A stretch of DNA of 64,000 nucleotides from an uncultured delta proteobacterium (GCA_963754925.1 CAVWHX010000004.1:988506-1052505); one strand, 5' to 3'. Shown: positions 7,941 to 19,385, numbered from the stretch's first letter. The notes: a model not told the origin generated them from the letters alone. Numbers and translations: made by a program.

Positions 7941-10451
7941 GTGCTTGATCGGTATAAGGAAAATCAGCTTCTGCGGGTTGCCAACCAGCGAAAGCAACGC
8001 CCCTGGTGGTTGCAATTGGTGTTGTTTGGATTGAGTTGCCTGATAGCATGGACAGCCATCACCACGGTCGGGATTTGTCTCCTCTATCTTCTTATTCGAC
8101 ATACCATTCCTTCTTTGCCGGAGCTTGTTCAGTACACACCTCCTTTAACCACCAGGGTGTTTAGCCAAACAGGAACCTTGATTGGCGAGTTTGCCATCGA
8201 GCGTCGAGATGTTGTTCCCTCGCAGAAAGTCCCACGGGGATTGGTCGCGGCTTTCATCGCGTCCGAAGACGACAACTTTTTCAACCACGGCGGGATTGAC
8301 CCCGTGGGCATTGTCCGGGCAGCGTTGAAGAACCTTCGCGCGGGGCGCATAACGCAAGGCGGTTCGACCATCACCCAGCAGGTTGCCAAGAGCCTCATTG
8401 GTCGGGAGAAAACCTTTTCCCGTAAGTTCAAGGAAGCCATTTTGGCTACCCGGCTCGAACAGAAATATACTAAGGAGGAGATTCTCTTTTTCTACCTCAA
8501 TCAAATCTATCTGGGACACGGTTCATACGGCGTTCAGGCCGCCGCCCGCAACTACTTTCGGAAAAACGTTTGGGATCTCGCCCTGCCCGAGATGGCCACT
8601 ATCGCCGGCTTGCCTCAAGCGCCGTCCGATTACGATCCGGTTGATCGTCCTAAAGCGGCGCTCGACCGACGTTCCTATGTGCTCAACCGCATGCGGGCAC
8701 TAAACGAGATCAGCGCGCAACAAGAGCAGGAAGCCTCGCGCACGCCGCTCTCAGCGCAGCCTATTCTCGATCGGTTTCGTCTGCATGCGCCGTACTTTAC
8801 CGAAGAGGTTCGGCGTGAACTTCAGGAGTTGTACGGAACCGAAGGCCTGTATGAGGGCGGGCTGACGGTTGAAACCAGCGTGGATCCCGACTGGCAGCAG
8901 GCAGCTGAGGAAACGCTGCTGCCGGCATTGCGAACGGTTGATCACCGACAGGGTTACCGCGGGCCGCTCATAACCATCGAAGACAAGGAAAAGCGCGCTG
9001 ACTTCTTGAAAAAGCTTCAAGAGCACCTGCCGCCTGAAGCGATTGAAAATGGTCGATCGGTACCGGCGGTGGTGTTAAGGGTCGATGAGGATCTGGCCGA
9101 GATCGCAGTCGGCGGCACCACCGGCGTGCTGCCGATTTTCGGCATGCGCTGGGCGCGTAAACCCGACCCAGAAATTCTTCACGCCTCGGTTCGAGTCACC
9201 GACATCCGTAAGGTGCTCAAGGAAGGCGATGTTATCATCGTGACCAAGGCCGACCCAGAGGTCTTGCTGAGTAACGAACCGCCTGCCTTACGCAAGCTTC
9301 TGCCGGAAGGGAGGCCGGTCTTCGCCCTCGACCAGATTCCCTCCATGCAGGGGGCGCTGATCTCGGTCGAGCCTGCGCTTGGCTATGTGCGCTCAATCAT
9401 CGGAGGCTATAACTTCCAAGACAGTGAATTTAATCGGGTGCTGCAAGCGTGCCGCCAGCCCGGTAGCGCTTTCAAACCGCTCCATTACTCGCTGGCGATC
9501 GAATCGAAGAATTTCAATCCGGCTACCGTAATCGTTGACTCGGCGGTGGTCTATGACGACCCCGATAACGAAAAGCGCTGGAAGCCGGAAAACTTCGATG
9601 CAGATTTCAAAGGACCGGTCACCGTACATACTGCCTTGGTTAAATCAATGAATCTTCCAGCCATCAAAGTGCTCGACGCTGTGGGCATTACCGAAGCCAT
9701 CAACTGGGACCATAACCTTGGCATAACCACCGCGCTCGCGCCCGAGCTTGGATTGGCGCTCGGCGCCTCCTGCGTTAAGCCATGGGACCTGCTGCAAGCC
9801 TACGCGGTTTTTAACCAAGGTGGGGTTAGGACCACGGACCATTTCATCCGTAAGGTGACCGATCGTTACGGGCGGGTGCTTCTCAACCATACCTCGTACC
9901 TGGATCCGTATCAGACCTGGGACGAACGCTTCGATCGAGCCTATGACCGCGTGTCAGACCCGCCGGTGCGGATGATCTCGGCCCAGTCGAACTACGTTCT
10001 GCTGTCGCTTCTCAAGGCCGTCTGCCTTTACGGAACCGGCGCGGGTACGCAGGTGATCCACAAGCCAGTGGCCGGAAAAACCGGGACAACCAATAAATCC
10101 GCCGACGCTTGGTTTGTGGGCTTCACCCACGACGTGATCACCCTGGCGTGGATTGGGCACGATGATCCGAAGGATCCGCTGGGAATCGTCGAGACCGGTT
10201 CTCACACGGTCGTGCCCATTTGGGCGAGTTATATGGGACGAATTTTGGCTCATCGTCCCCAGGCTGACTTTGAGGTCCCCGAGGGCATCGTTTTTGCTCA
10301 AATCGATCCGGACACCGGTTATTTAGCACGTCCGGACGCTCCTCGCTCGGTGCAAGCGGCTTTTAAAGACGGCGAGCAACCCACGCAATACGGTCCGGCC
10401 GATGATGTGGTTCGCTCCGGGCAGTTCTTCAAGGTGGATCGGGAACGCTAG
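7941..10451 (+). CDS. mrcA: class A penicillin-binding protein 1A (glycosyltransferase + transpeptidase)
   Basis: GT51 motifs EDDNFFNHGGID and GGSTITQQVAK. Transpeptidase motifs SAFKP (SxxK) and KTGTT. GTG start with AGGAG 6 nt upstream. Confidence 0.93.
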   Translation: MLDRYKENQLLRVANQRKQRPWWLQLVLFGLSCLIAWTAITTVGICLLYLLIRHTIPSLPELVQYTPPLTTRVFSQTGTLIGEFAIERRDVVPSQKVPRGLVAAFIASEDDNFFNHGGIDPVGIVRAALKNLRAGRITQGGSTITQQVAKSLIGREKTFSRKFKEAILATRLEQKYTKEEILFFYLNQIYLGHGSYGVQAAARNYFRKNVWDLALPEMATIAGLPQAPSDYDPVDRPKAALDRRSYVLNRMRALNEISAQQEQEASRTPLSAQPILDRFRLHAPYFTEEVRRELQELYGTEGLYEGGLTVETSVDPDWQQAAEETLLPALRTVDHRQGYRGPLITIEDKEKRADFLKKLQEHLPPEAIENGRSVPAVVLRVDEDLAEIAVGGTTGVLPIFGMRWARKPDPEILHASVRVTDIRKVLKEGDVIIVTKADPEVLLSNEPPALRKLLPEGRPVFALDQIPSMQGALISVEPALGYVRSIIGGYNFQDSEFNRVLQACRQPGSAFKPLHYSLAIESKNFNPATVIVDSAVVYDDPDNEKRWKPENFDADFKGPVTVHTALVKSMNLPAIKVLDAVGITEAINWDHNLGITTALAPELGLALGASCVKPWDLLQAYAVFNQGGVRTTDHFIRKVTDRYGRVLLNHTSYLDPYQTWDERFDRAYDRVSDPPVRMISAQSNYVLLSLLKAVCLYGTGAGTQVIHKPVAGKTGTTNKSADAWFVGFTHDVITLAWIGHDDPKDPLGIVETGSHTVVPIWASYMGRILAHRPQADFEVPEGIVFAQIDPDTGYLARPDAPRSVQAAFKDGEQPTQYGPADDVVRSGQFFKVDRER

Positions 10452-10503
10452 AGGTTGTTGCCGAGAGGAGCGAGGCTTACAACCTCTTGTCCTTTTAGGG
10501 GAG
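10450..10503. repeat. composite intergenic hairpin repeat, copy A
   Basis: AGAGGTTGT (10450-10458) pairs perfectly with ACAACCTCT (10479-10487) around the 20-nt loop TGCCGAGAGGAGCGAGGCTT. A TGTCC-TTTT-AGGGGA element follows. Same architecture as the copies near 21.9, 46.8 and 51.7 kb. Confidence 0.75.
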
Positions 10504-11547
10504 TGAGCGTACAGTCTCTTGAAACTTCCAATAACGCTGCTGAACGCGGCGGGCGGCTTTGAGCACATTCTCAGCCGCACCCATGTCGCCCGGATCGGAT
10601 TCTTTTGACCACAGACCGAGTAATGCCTTAATGCACATCGCGACACTCTCGGCCTGTCCGTCGATATGATAGCCGCCCTCAAGCATTAATACCAATCGAC
10701 CCTGGGAACATTCGGCCGCCAGATCGAGCAATTGACCGGTGAGAGAGGCGTAGCCCTCGGGGGTCATCTTCATGCTGCCGAGGGGATCGTGCACATAGGT
10801 ATTGAAGCCGGCGCTGACCAGAATCAATTCCGGAGCAAATTGGCGTGCGATAGGGATCAGCACCTCACGAAAGGCGGCTCGATACTCGCGATCGCCCATG
10901 TGTGGACCAAAGGGTACATTAACGGTAAAGCCCGTTCCGGGACCGGTGCCTACGTCTTCGAGCGCTCCGGTGCCTGGATAAAAGGGATATTGATGGGTGC
11001 TGAAGTATAAGACATCCGGACGATCGTAAAAGCTGTGCATGGTGCCGTTGCCGTGGTGCAGATCCCAATCGACAATCAGCACCCGCTTGATGCCGAGCGC
11101 CTGGCGCGCGTGTTCAGCGGCGATGGCGATGTTGTTGAAGAGACAAAAACCCATTGCATGATCACGCTCGGCGTGGTGCCCGGGAGGGCGCACCAGGGCA
11201 AAACCGTTCTCAAGTCTTCCGGCGACCACCTCTTCCACTAACTTGATTGACCCACCCGCCGCTAATTCAGCAGCCTGGAAAGAATCCGGCGAGGTTTGCG
11301 TGTCGGGATCGAGGCTCGCGCTGTGACCGTCGGTTGCGGCAATTCGGTCATAATGGGCGGGGCTATGCACCCGGCAAATTTCATCTTTCGTAGCCGCTCG
11401 AGGCGGCACCCGAACTACTTTTTGAAGAAGCCCCTGGCGCTCGAGGGTTGCGTAGGCGGCGACCAGACGGTCGGGCGACTCCGGATGCCAGGGGCCGGGA
11501 TCATGCTTGATATAGAGGGGATCCATCACCACACCTGCTTGCCTCAT
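10495..11547 (-). CDS. histone deacetylase-family amidohydrolase (AcuC / acetylpolyamine amidohydrolase-like)
   Basis: [17 protein letters not shown] and GGY motifs of the arginase/deacetylase fold. GGGAGG 5 nt upstream of the ATG. Confidence 0.85.
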   Translation of the reverse strand: MRQAGVVMDPLYIKHDPGPWHPESPDRLVAAYATLERQGLLQKVVRVPPRAATKDEICRVHSPAHYDRIAATDGHSASLDPDTQTSPDSFQAAELAAGGSIKLVEEVVAGRLENGFALVRPPGHHAERDHAMGFCLFNNIAIAAEHARQALGIKRVLIVDWDLHHGNGTMHSFYDRPDVLYFSTHQYPFYPGTGALEDVGTGPGTGFTVNVPFGPHMGDREYRAAFREVLIPIARQFAPELILVSAGFNTYVHDPLGSMKMTPEGYASLTGQLLDLAAECSQGRLVLMLEGGYHIDGQAESVAMCIKALLGLWSKESDPGDMGAAENVLKAARRVQQRYWKFQETVRSLP

Positions 11548-11795
11548 ACAAACCTCCCACGGTCACAAACACGTCTGGTCTATGGTATACCGCTGTGGGA
11601 TGAGGATGCAACGAACATCACTTCACGTGTTCCTCATGTGCTTCGTACATGACCTTTGGACATGCTGGTAGAGACTATTGCTCTTGACAGCCAGAAAGAG
11701 TATACCATTCCACAGCGAAACCTGCGTTAGGTACCTATGCAATGGTTGCACCGTTCGTGTGAGTCGGAATTCAGAAGCGGTAAAGGATTACACAC

Positions 11796-12806
<1,011 letters not shown>

Positions 12807-12827
12807 ACGAGGGGGGCAGCGATCAGT

Positions 12828-15800
12828 ATGTCTGATTTCGTCCATCTACATGTACATACCCAGTACAGCCTGCTGGATGGTGCCATTCGCCTTGAGAAGC
12901 TCTTCCCGAGGCTTGCCGAGCTGAAGATGAACGCTGTGGCCATAACCGACCACGGCAACATGTTCGGCGCGATCGACTTTTACCAGCGTGCCAGGGCGGC
13001 CGGGGTAAAGCCCATCATCGGTTGCGAGGTGTACGTGGCCGGCGCGCGCGGCATGGCCGATCGAACCGCGCGCGAGGATTATCATCTGATTTTATTGGCG
13101 TATAACCTTGCGGGTTACCAGAACCTCACCTATCTCGTGAGCAAGGCGTATCTCGAAGGTTTCTACTATCACCCGCGCATCGATAAGGATTTGTTGCGCG
13201 GCCGCACCCAAGGTTTGATTGCGCTTTCGGCCTGCCTCAGCGGCGAATTGGCCTGCCACCTTAAGTGCGGTCGGATGGATGCGGCGCGCGAGGCTGCGCG
13301 TTCGTATGCAGCGCTATTCGAACCAGACTGTTATTACCTCGAGCTGCAACACAATGGCCTTCCGGATCAAGATGCCGTCAACGCCGCTCTCAAAGAGATC
13401 GCCCGAACCGAAAACCTCCCGTTGGTCGCGACCAACGACTGCCATTACCTCTCCGAACACGACGCCCGAGCACACGACATCCTTCTGTGCATATCCACCG
13501 GCAAGACCGTCGACGACCCCAACCGAATGCGTCATCAGACCACTCAGTTGTATCTGCGCTCGGGCGAAGAGATGCAGACGCTTTTTGCCGATGTTCCCGA
13601 GGCGCTCGCTAACACCCGTCGGATCGCCGACCGCTGCGCCCTCGACCTTAACCTCGGGAGCGTCTTTTTACCGCGCTATGAGGTGCCGGCGGCGTTCGAC
13701 CTGGATAGCTACCTCGATCAACTCGCCTGGCAGGGTCTCAACGCCCATCTTGTTGGGCTGCCCGTACAACAGCACCAACGGTACCACGAAAGGCTCCGGT
13801 ACGAGCTCGGCGTGATTAAGAAGATGGGTTTTGCCGGATACTTTTTGATCGTTTGGGACTTCATCACCTATGCCAAGCGCAACGGCATTCCCGTTGGTCC
13901 GGGACGAGGCTCGGGGGCGGGCTCATTGGTGGCTTTTTCGCTCGGCATCACGGCGCTCGACCCGTTGCCCTATGATTTGCTGTTCGAACGGTTTCTCAAC
14001 CCTGACCGCGTCAGCTTGCCCGATTTTGACATCGACTTTTGCCAGGACCGGCGCAATGAAGTGATTCAATATGTTACCGAGAAATATGGCCGCGATCGCG
14101 TCGGTCAGATAATTACGTTCGGACAACTCAAACCGAGGCTCGCGATCAAGGATGTCGGTCGGGTGTTAGGCCTCACCTTCAATGAAACCGACCGGATCTC
14201 AAAGTTAGTTCCGTATGGGCCGAAGGTGACTCTTGACCAGGCGCTCAAAGAGGAACCACGCCTTGATGCCATCCAGGAGGAGAAGCCGATCTATCGGGAC
14301 GTGATCCAAATCGCGCGGTCGCTCGAGGGCCTCAACCGGCATTCCGGCACCCACGCCGCCGGGGTGGTGATCGCCGAGAAACCCCTTTGGGAGCACGTTC
14401 CGGTCATGCGGGGGGAGGACGGCTCGCTCATCACCCAGTTTGCTAAAGACGAAGTTGAAAAGGTTGGGCTGATTAAGTTCGACTTTTTGGGACTCAAGAC
14501 GCTGACCGTTATCGACCAAGCCTTGCGGTTGATTAACCACAGCGGCCCTCGGCTCGACATCCAAAAGCTGCCGCTTGATGACCGAGCGGTTTATGATCTG
14601 ATTACCTCGGGCCAAACCGACGGTGTATTCCAGGTTGAATCTGCGGGTTTTAAAGAGCTCATGAAGAAGCTCAAGCCGGATTGCTTCGAAGATATCATCG
14701 CAGCCGTGGCACTCTATCGACCCGGGCCACTCGGGGCCGGGATGGTGACCGATTACCTCAACCGCAAGCACGGGCGTGAACGCATCAGCTACCAGCACCC
14801 GGTGCTCGAACCGATCCTCAGCAGCACCTACGGCGTGATCATATATCAAGAGCAAGTCATGCGCATCGCCGTTGAATTGTGCGGCTTCACCATGGGCCAG
14901 GCCGATGTGTTGCGCAAGGCCATGGGCAAGAAGAAAACCGAGGAAATGGCGCGCCAACAAGAAATCTTTGTGGTTGGCGCGATTAGAACATCCGGTATGG
15001 CCGCAGCCGAGGCACAGGCTCTGTTTGAAAAGATCGAAAAATTCGCCGAATACGCCTTTAATAAATCGCATTCTGCAGCCTACGCCCTGATCTCCTACCA
15101 GACCGCTTACCTCAAGACCCACCACCCGGTTGAATTCATGGCTGCGCTGTTGTCGAGCGAAATGGGCGACACCGAAACCCTCGTCCGGTATATTGCTCAC
15201 ACGCGTGAGATGGGTATCCAGCTGTTGCCACCCGATGTTAACCGCTCCGTGCGCGACTTTTCGGTGCTTGATGATCAGATCTTGCTAGGCCTCGGCGCGG
15301 TAAAGAGCGTCGGCGATACGGCGATACAGACGATTGTCGCGTGTCGTACCGAGAGGCCGTTTTGTTCTCTCTTTGATTTTACCGAGCGGGTCGATCTGCA
15401 TAAAGTCAACAAGCGTGTCGTTGAGGCGCTGGTCAAGTGCGGTGCATTTGACAGCCTCAACACGAGCCGGGCGAGTCTTATCGCCGCGATTGAGTCGGCC
15501 TTCGAATGCGGTACTGCCCGGCAGAAGGAGCGCACCTGCGGCCAGCGCAGTTTGCTTGACCTGCTGTGTCTTGAAACCGAACCGCCGACAACCGACGATC
15601 CACGACTGAACAGGTTACCCGAATGGAGTGAGCACGAGCGGTTGCTTGGGGAGCGCGAAGCTCTTGGTTTTTATGTCACCGGACACCCCCTCGACCGCTA
15701 CCAAAAGCTCATCGCGACCGCGGCCACCTCTACCCTCGCCGACCTGCATGAGCGGGCCACAACCGGCAACGGCAACCGGCACCGGGAGATAGTTGTGGCA

Positions 15801-16286
15801 GCACTGGTCTCAGCGATGCGCGAACGTCCGCTGAAAAACGGCTCCGGTCGGATGGCCGTACTGACGATCGAAGATCGCATGGGCACCTGCGAGGCGCTGG
15901 TTTTCTCAAAGGAGTTCGCCCTCTACGAACCGCTGCTTAGGACCGCTGAACCGCTCCTCTTTGTCGGCCAGCTGACCGTCGATGATGAAGAGAATCCATT
16001 AGCAAAACTCCGGGTGCGCGAGGTGCGTCTTCTCAAGGATTCACAGCAACCGATAAAACGGGTGGATTTCCATCTTCCGGCTGAGGCACTCTCGCGGGAG
16101 AGGCTTCTTCAACTCAAATTGATTCTTGGTCGCTTTACCGGCACCTGCCCGGCTTTTTTACATATTCACTTGCCCGATAATGGGCCGGAGACCATTGTAC
16201 GCCTTCCCGGTTCGATTACCTCTTCCGCGCAACTGGAGAAGGAAGTCAATACGCTTTTCGAACAGAGGGTCACCGGATTTTCATAA
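12828..16286 (+). CDS. dnaE: DNA polymerase III alpha subunit
   Basis: PHP domain start FVHLHVHTQYSLLDGA, the polymerase core (PDFDIDF, GLIKFDFLGL, FNKSHSAAYA) and an OB-fold tail. 1152 aa. Confidence 0.97.
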   Translation: MSDFVHLHVHTQYSLLDGAIRLEKLFPRLAELKMNAVAITDHGNMFGAIDFYQRARAAGVKPIIGCEVYVAGARGMADRTAREDYHLILLAYNLAGYQNLTYLVSKAYLEGFYYHPRIDKDLLRGRTQGLIALSACLSGELACHLKCGRMDAAREAARSYAALFEPDCYYLELQHNGLPDQDAVNAALKEIARTENLPLVATNDCHYLSEHDARAHDILLCISTGKTVDDPNRMRHQTTQLYLRSGEEMQTLFADVPEALANTRRIADRCALDLNLGSVFLPRYEVPAAFDLDSYLDQLAWQGLNAHLVGLPVQQHQRYHERLRYELGVIKKMGFAGYFLIVWDFITYAKRNGIPVGPGRGSGAGSLVAFSLGITALDPLPYDLLFERFLNPDRVSLPDFDIDFCQDRRNEVIQYVTEKYGRDRVGQIITFGQLKPRLAIKDVGRVLGLTFNETDRISKLVPYGPKVTLDQALKEEPRLDAIQEEKPIYRDVIQIARSLEGLNRHSGTHAAGVVIAEKPLWEHVPVMRGEDGSLITQFAKDEVEKVGLIKFDFLGLKTLTVIDQALRLINHSGPRLDIQKLPLDDRAVYDLITSGQTDGVFQVESAGFKELMKKLKPDCFEDIIAAVALYRPGPLGAGMVTDYLNRKHGRERISYQHPVLEPILSSTYGVIIYQEQVMRIAVELCGFTMGQADVLRKAMGKKKTEEMARQQEIFVVGAIRTSGMAAAEAQALFEKIEKFAEYAFNKSHSAAYALISYQTAYLKTHHPVEFMAALLSSEMGDTETLVRYIAHTREMGIQLLPPDVNRSVRDFSVLDDQILLGLGAVKSVGDTAIQTIVACRTERPFCSLFDFTERVDLHKVNKRVVEALVKCGAFDSLNTSRASLIAAIESAFECGTARQKERTCGQRSLLDLLCLETEPPTTDDPRLNRLPEWSEHERLLGEREALGFYVTGHPLDRYQKLIATAATSTLADLHERATTGNGNRHREIVVAALVSAMRERPLKNGSGRMAVLTIEDRMGTCEALVFSKEFALYEPLLRTAEPLLFVGQLTVDDEENPLAKLRVREVRLLKDSQQPIKRVDFHLPAEALSRERLLQLKLILGRFTGTCPAFLHIHLPDNGPETIVRLPGSITSSAQLEKEVNTLFEQRVTGFS

Positions 16287-16304
16287 CATTGCATTTTCCT
16301 TTTG

Positions 16305-16327
16305 CCCTCTCTCTGTTGGGGAGAGGG
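16305..16327. terminator. GC-rich hairpin between the convergent dnaE and 16356-16835 genes (possible bidirectional terminator)
   Basis: CCCTCTCTC-TGTT-GGGGAGAGGG, a 9-bp stem including one G-U. There is no clean U-tract on either side, so the terminator function is uncertain. Confidence 0.4.
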
Positions 16328-16355
16328 GTCTTGCAAAAAACGTTGAGTGAGGGAA

Positions 16356-16835
16356 CTATTCAGCCTTGAACTCTGTGAGGAATAACTCCAGCACGTCAGG
16401 GTAGGCGCGCAGGCGAAAAGCGGTATCGATTTCCTCATAGGAGAATCCTTGATCGCGCAAAAAGGAGACAATCGCACCGATCGCTTTGGCTGCCGCGACT
16501 CGTTGTTCCGGGTCCGCTGGCAGCTTCTCGCCGTTAAGGTGTTTGTTGAGATCATCGGTGAGTTCGACGAACCGTTCGAGGTGTTCCGCCAACCGATTTT
16601 CAAAGGAGAGATTCCATAATTGTTCAAGCTCGGCGATCACGCGCGGCCGGTTTTGGTCATAGCAGAGCACCATCAGCTTCTGCATCAGTCCATCGAGCGT
16701 GGTCTGACGGGGAATAGCAATCTTGGCCGCTTCATTAAGTCGCAGGATCGCCATGCGGGTCGAGATATGGCGAATCATCGGCCGAAATATCGCTTCAAAC
16801 CGCTCGCGGGGGATACGTTCTTGCAAGGTCGACAT
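16356..16835 (-). CDS. hypothetical protein
   Basis: 159-aa ORF starting MSTLQER with AAGGAG 5 nt upstream, preferred over the track start at 16892. No motif recognised. Confidence 0.55.
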   Translation of the reverse strand: MSTLQERIPRERFEAIFRPMIRHISTRMAILRLNEAAKIAIPRQTTLDGLMQKLMVLCYDQNRPRVIAELEQLWNLSFENRLAEHLERFVELTDDLNKHLNGEKLPADPEQRVAAAKAIGAIVSFLRDQGFSYEEIDTAFRLRAYPDVLELFLTEFKAE

Positions 16836-16977
16836 GGATTCTCCTTTCATGCTGCGGATGCTCGTAGCACTATGGACTAGTACCCCGAGCATGAAGTGTC
16901 AACATAGTTGAATCCTTCGAGTGAGCCTGCTAGTCTTTTAACACAGGGAATAGAGGATTAACGAAAGGACATACGGC

Positions 16978-18300
16978 GTGCATTATCACGATCTGATGTA
17001 CGAGATGCCAGATGGGACCCTGAAAATGACTAACCCCCTTACCGGGCGGACCGCCTGGTGGGTGCCGGGTCGCAACAGTCGGCCCATCAGCGAGAGCGCA
17101 CCGACGTGCATGACCCATGATCGAACCCGAGAACCCGAGAACTACTGTGCTTTTTGCTCGGTAAATGTGCTTGAAACGCCGCCCGAGATCGACCGGCTCG
17201 TACGCGCTGACTCCGGCTACCGCACCATCGACCGATTACTACCGAAGCAGTTGCGCGAAACTCAGTATATCTTCCGCAGGGTCGCCAACCTCTATGAGAT
17301 CGTCACCTTAAACTACTGGCGACGCAACTACGACTACCGCGGCGTAGCCCGCCAACGTGAATGGGCGGAGCAGTATAAGAGCGATCCAGAAGGCCGCGCT
17401 CATATGTTAGAGTTGGTTCGTAAAAAGCATGAGTCATTACGCCGGCGCGGGCTGGACATACCGCAGATGAACGAAAAGCAGCTCTTTGAGCAAGCTGATA
17501 GCTTTTTTCTAAGCTGCCATCAGTTAATCGTCAATCAGCGGCACTATCGCGTTGGCACGGAGCGCGGCACCGCTGCCACGCTGTTTGGATCGGGGGCGTT
17601 AACTGCCGACGAGCACTTCCAATACATGCGCTTTACCGCTGAGGCCATCCGCGACATCACGGAAACCAACCGCTACGTGCGTTACGTGGTTACGTTTCAG
17701 AATTGGCTGCGACCCTCGGGGGCTTCCTTTGATCATATGCATAAGCAACTCGTTGGCCTTGACGATTGGGGCACCCTTATCACAAGCGAGGTGGAAGCTT
17801 CGCGCTCCGATCCAAATTTTTACAATACGTATGTGGTGAATTTCGCCGGTTACAATAACTTGGTGATTGCCGAGAATGACTACGCGGTCATGTTTGCTGA
17901 TATCGGGCACCGCAACCCGACGCTGGCAATCTATTCCAAAGCGCGCCACCTGCGGCCCTATGAACACAACGCGGAAGAACTCCGAGGGATTAGCGACTTG
18001 ATCCACGCGTGCTATGTTGCTCAGGGACCCGAGATGAGCTGCAACGAGGAGTGGTATTACCAACCCCGCGATTGCCTTGATCGCATTCCGTTCCACGTGC
18101 TGATCAAGTGGCGCGTGAACTACCCGGCCGGGTTTGAAGGCGGGACGTCGATTTTCATCAATCCCCAGCGCCCCACCGAGGTGCGCGATGAGGTGGTTCC
18201 GCACCTCTTTCGACTGCGGGCAGAAGGTAGGATCGCCGCGAACATCCGCATCGCAGAAGAATGTCCGGTGCAGCCCAATAGCTTACAATACAACAGGTAA
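16978..18300 (+). CDS. GalT-like HIT-superfamily nucleotidyltransferase/phosphorylase (DUF4921-like)
   Basis: CAFC zinc-knuckle-like motif near the N-terminus and a histidine motif FDHMHKQL (HxHxQ) as in galactose-1-phosphate uridylyltransferase-type enzymes. The specific substrate cannot be inferred. Confidence 0.65.
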   Translation: MHYHDLMYEMPDGTLKMTNPLTGRTAWWVPGRNSRPISESAPTCMTHDRTREPENYCAFCSVNVLETPPEIDRLVRADSGYRTIDRLLPKQLRETQYIFRRVANLYEIVTLNYWRRNYDYRGVARQREWAEQYKSDPEGRAHMLELVRKKHESLRRRGLDIPQMNEKQLFEQADSFFLSCHQLIVNQRHYRVGTERGTAATLFGSGALTADEHFQYMRFTAEAIRDITETNRYVRYVVTFQNWLRPSGASFDHMHKQLVGLDDWGTLITSEVEASRSDPNFYNTYVVNFAGYNNLVIAENDYAVMFADIGHRNPTLAIYSKARHLRPYEHNAEELRGISDLIHACYVAQGPEMSCNEEWYYQPRDCLDRIPFHVLIKWRVNYPAGFEGGTSIFINPQRPTEVRDEVVPHLFRLRAEGRIAANIRIAEECPVQPNSLQYNR

Positions 18301-18334
18301 CAACGACGGCGCGCCGGAGGATAGGGTGAGGGGA

Positions 18335-19138
18335 TTATTCGTTGTTGAAAAATTTCTTCAACGTTTTTCTCAGGGTGGTTGTATCCGGGAGAGGCTGATA
18401 AATGATGTTCCCCGCTCCGTAATGAAGTGCCGTTACCGCATTGCCGAGCGCACGACGACCACTAACCGCCACAAATTTCAAGCCCGGGCTCATGAGTAAC
18501 GTACTGCGTAAAAAACAGGCGGTGGCGTTATCCCGGTTGAGTAGCTCAAGCTGACATACTAAGGCCCCGACCTTTTTGTTTCGTACCTGGCTCAGCACTT
18601 CAGACAGTGAATCGATGACTATTGCACGGTAGCCTAATGACTCGAGAGCCTTTTTCAGAACCTCCCGTGCGAATGGATCAGTGATGTATAGGAGGGCTTG
18701 CTGTTGGGCCGGCACAATGGGCAGCTTTGATTCAGCTTTCATTCGCAGATTGCGCCGATCAAACGCTTCGTTTACCTTGCGCTCCAGTTCGGGAAGATCG
18801 AACGGTTTGATGATGTATTCGTCCACGCCGATCGCCATTGCTTCCTCAGCCGATTCGCGTGAGGCAAATCCGGTGATCAGCAGGGTGGCAATCTTCGGAT
18901 CTTTTGCTTTAGCCCGTCGGATTACGTCCAGGCCGGTAATACCGGGCAGATTTTTGTCGCAGATGAGAAGGCTGAAGGGTTCGCTTAGAAGCAACGCAAT
19001 AGCTGTTTCACCGTCCTCGGCCTCGACCACGAAGGTTCCCGGTTTCTCCAGCGTCTCGCAAATCACCCGGCGGACAACTTCTTCGTCGTCGACAACCAGA
19101 ATGCGCGTTGGTGTGTTTTTATCTTGCTGGATGTGCAC
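18335..19138 (-). CDS. response regulator: canonical receiver domain plus a degenerate second receiver-like domain
   Basis: N-terminal REC has VVDDE, LLICDKNLPG (phospho-Asp), LLITG and IIKPF. The C-terminal half is REC-like in pattern but lacks the acidic pocket (ALVCQLEL). Confidence 0.8.
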   Translation of the reverse strand: MHIQQDKNTPTRILVVDDEEVVRRVICETLEKPGTFVVEAEDGETAIALLLSEPFSLLICDKNLPGITGLDVIRRAKAKDPKIATLLITGFASRESAEEAMAIGVDEYIIKPFDLPELERKVNEAFDRRNLRMKAESKLPIVPAQQQALLYITDPFAREVLKKALESLGYRAIVIDSLSEVLSQVRNKKVGALVCQLELLNRDNATACFLRSTLLMSPGLKFVAVSGRRALGNAVTALHYGAGNIIYQPLPDTTTLRKTLKKFFNNE

Positions 19139-19385
19139 TCAGTGCCCTCTATCTCCCCGGCATTGACCGGCACTATAACGACAAAAATACCTTAGCATTA
19201 AGTAACTAGCAACAAAAGTTAGCTGTTAGCATTCAGACAATGGAGGATGTCGACTGGTAACGAGCCCGATTTCTGGGATTGTACCATGGGTGTATGGTAG
19301 GATGAGGCTATGCGTGGGGTAATACTCCAGCTGTTAAATTTGGAGCGGGCTTTTTCAAACTCAAAATCCGCCGCATTTTTCCCAG

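Noticed and set aside
14205-15200. 331-aa ORF on the minus strand inside dnaE
   Set aside because: It lies entirely antisense to a strongly supported DnaE coding region. Its composition is typical of shadow ORFs in GC-rich DNA, and it has no recognisable motif.
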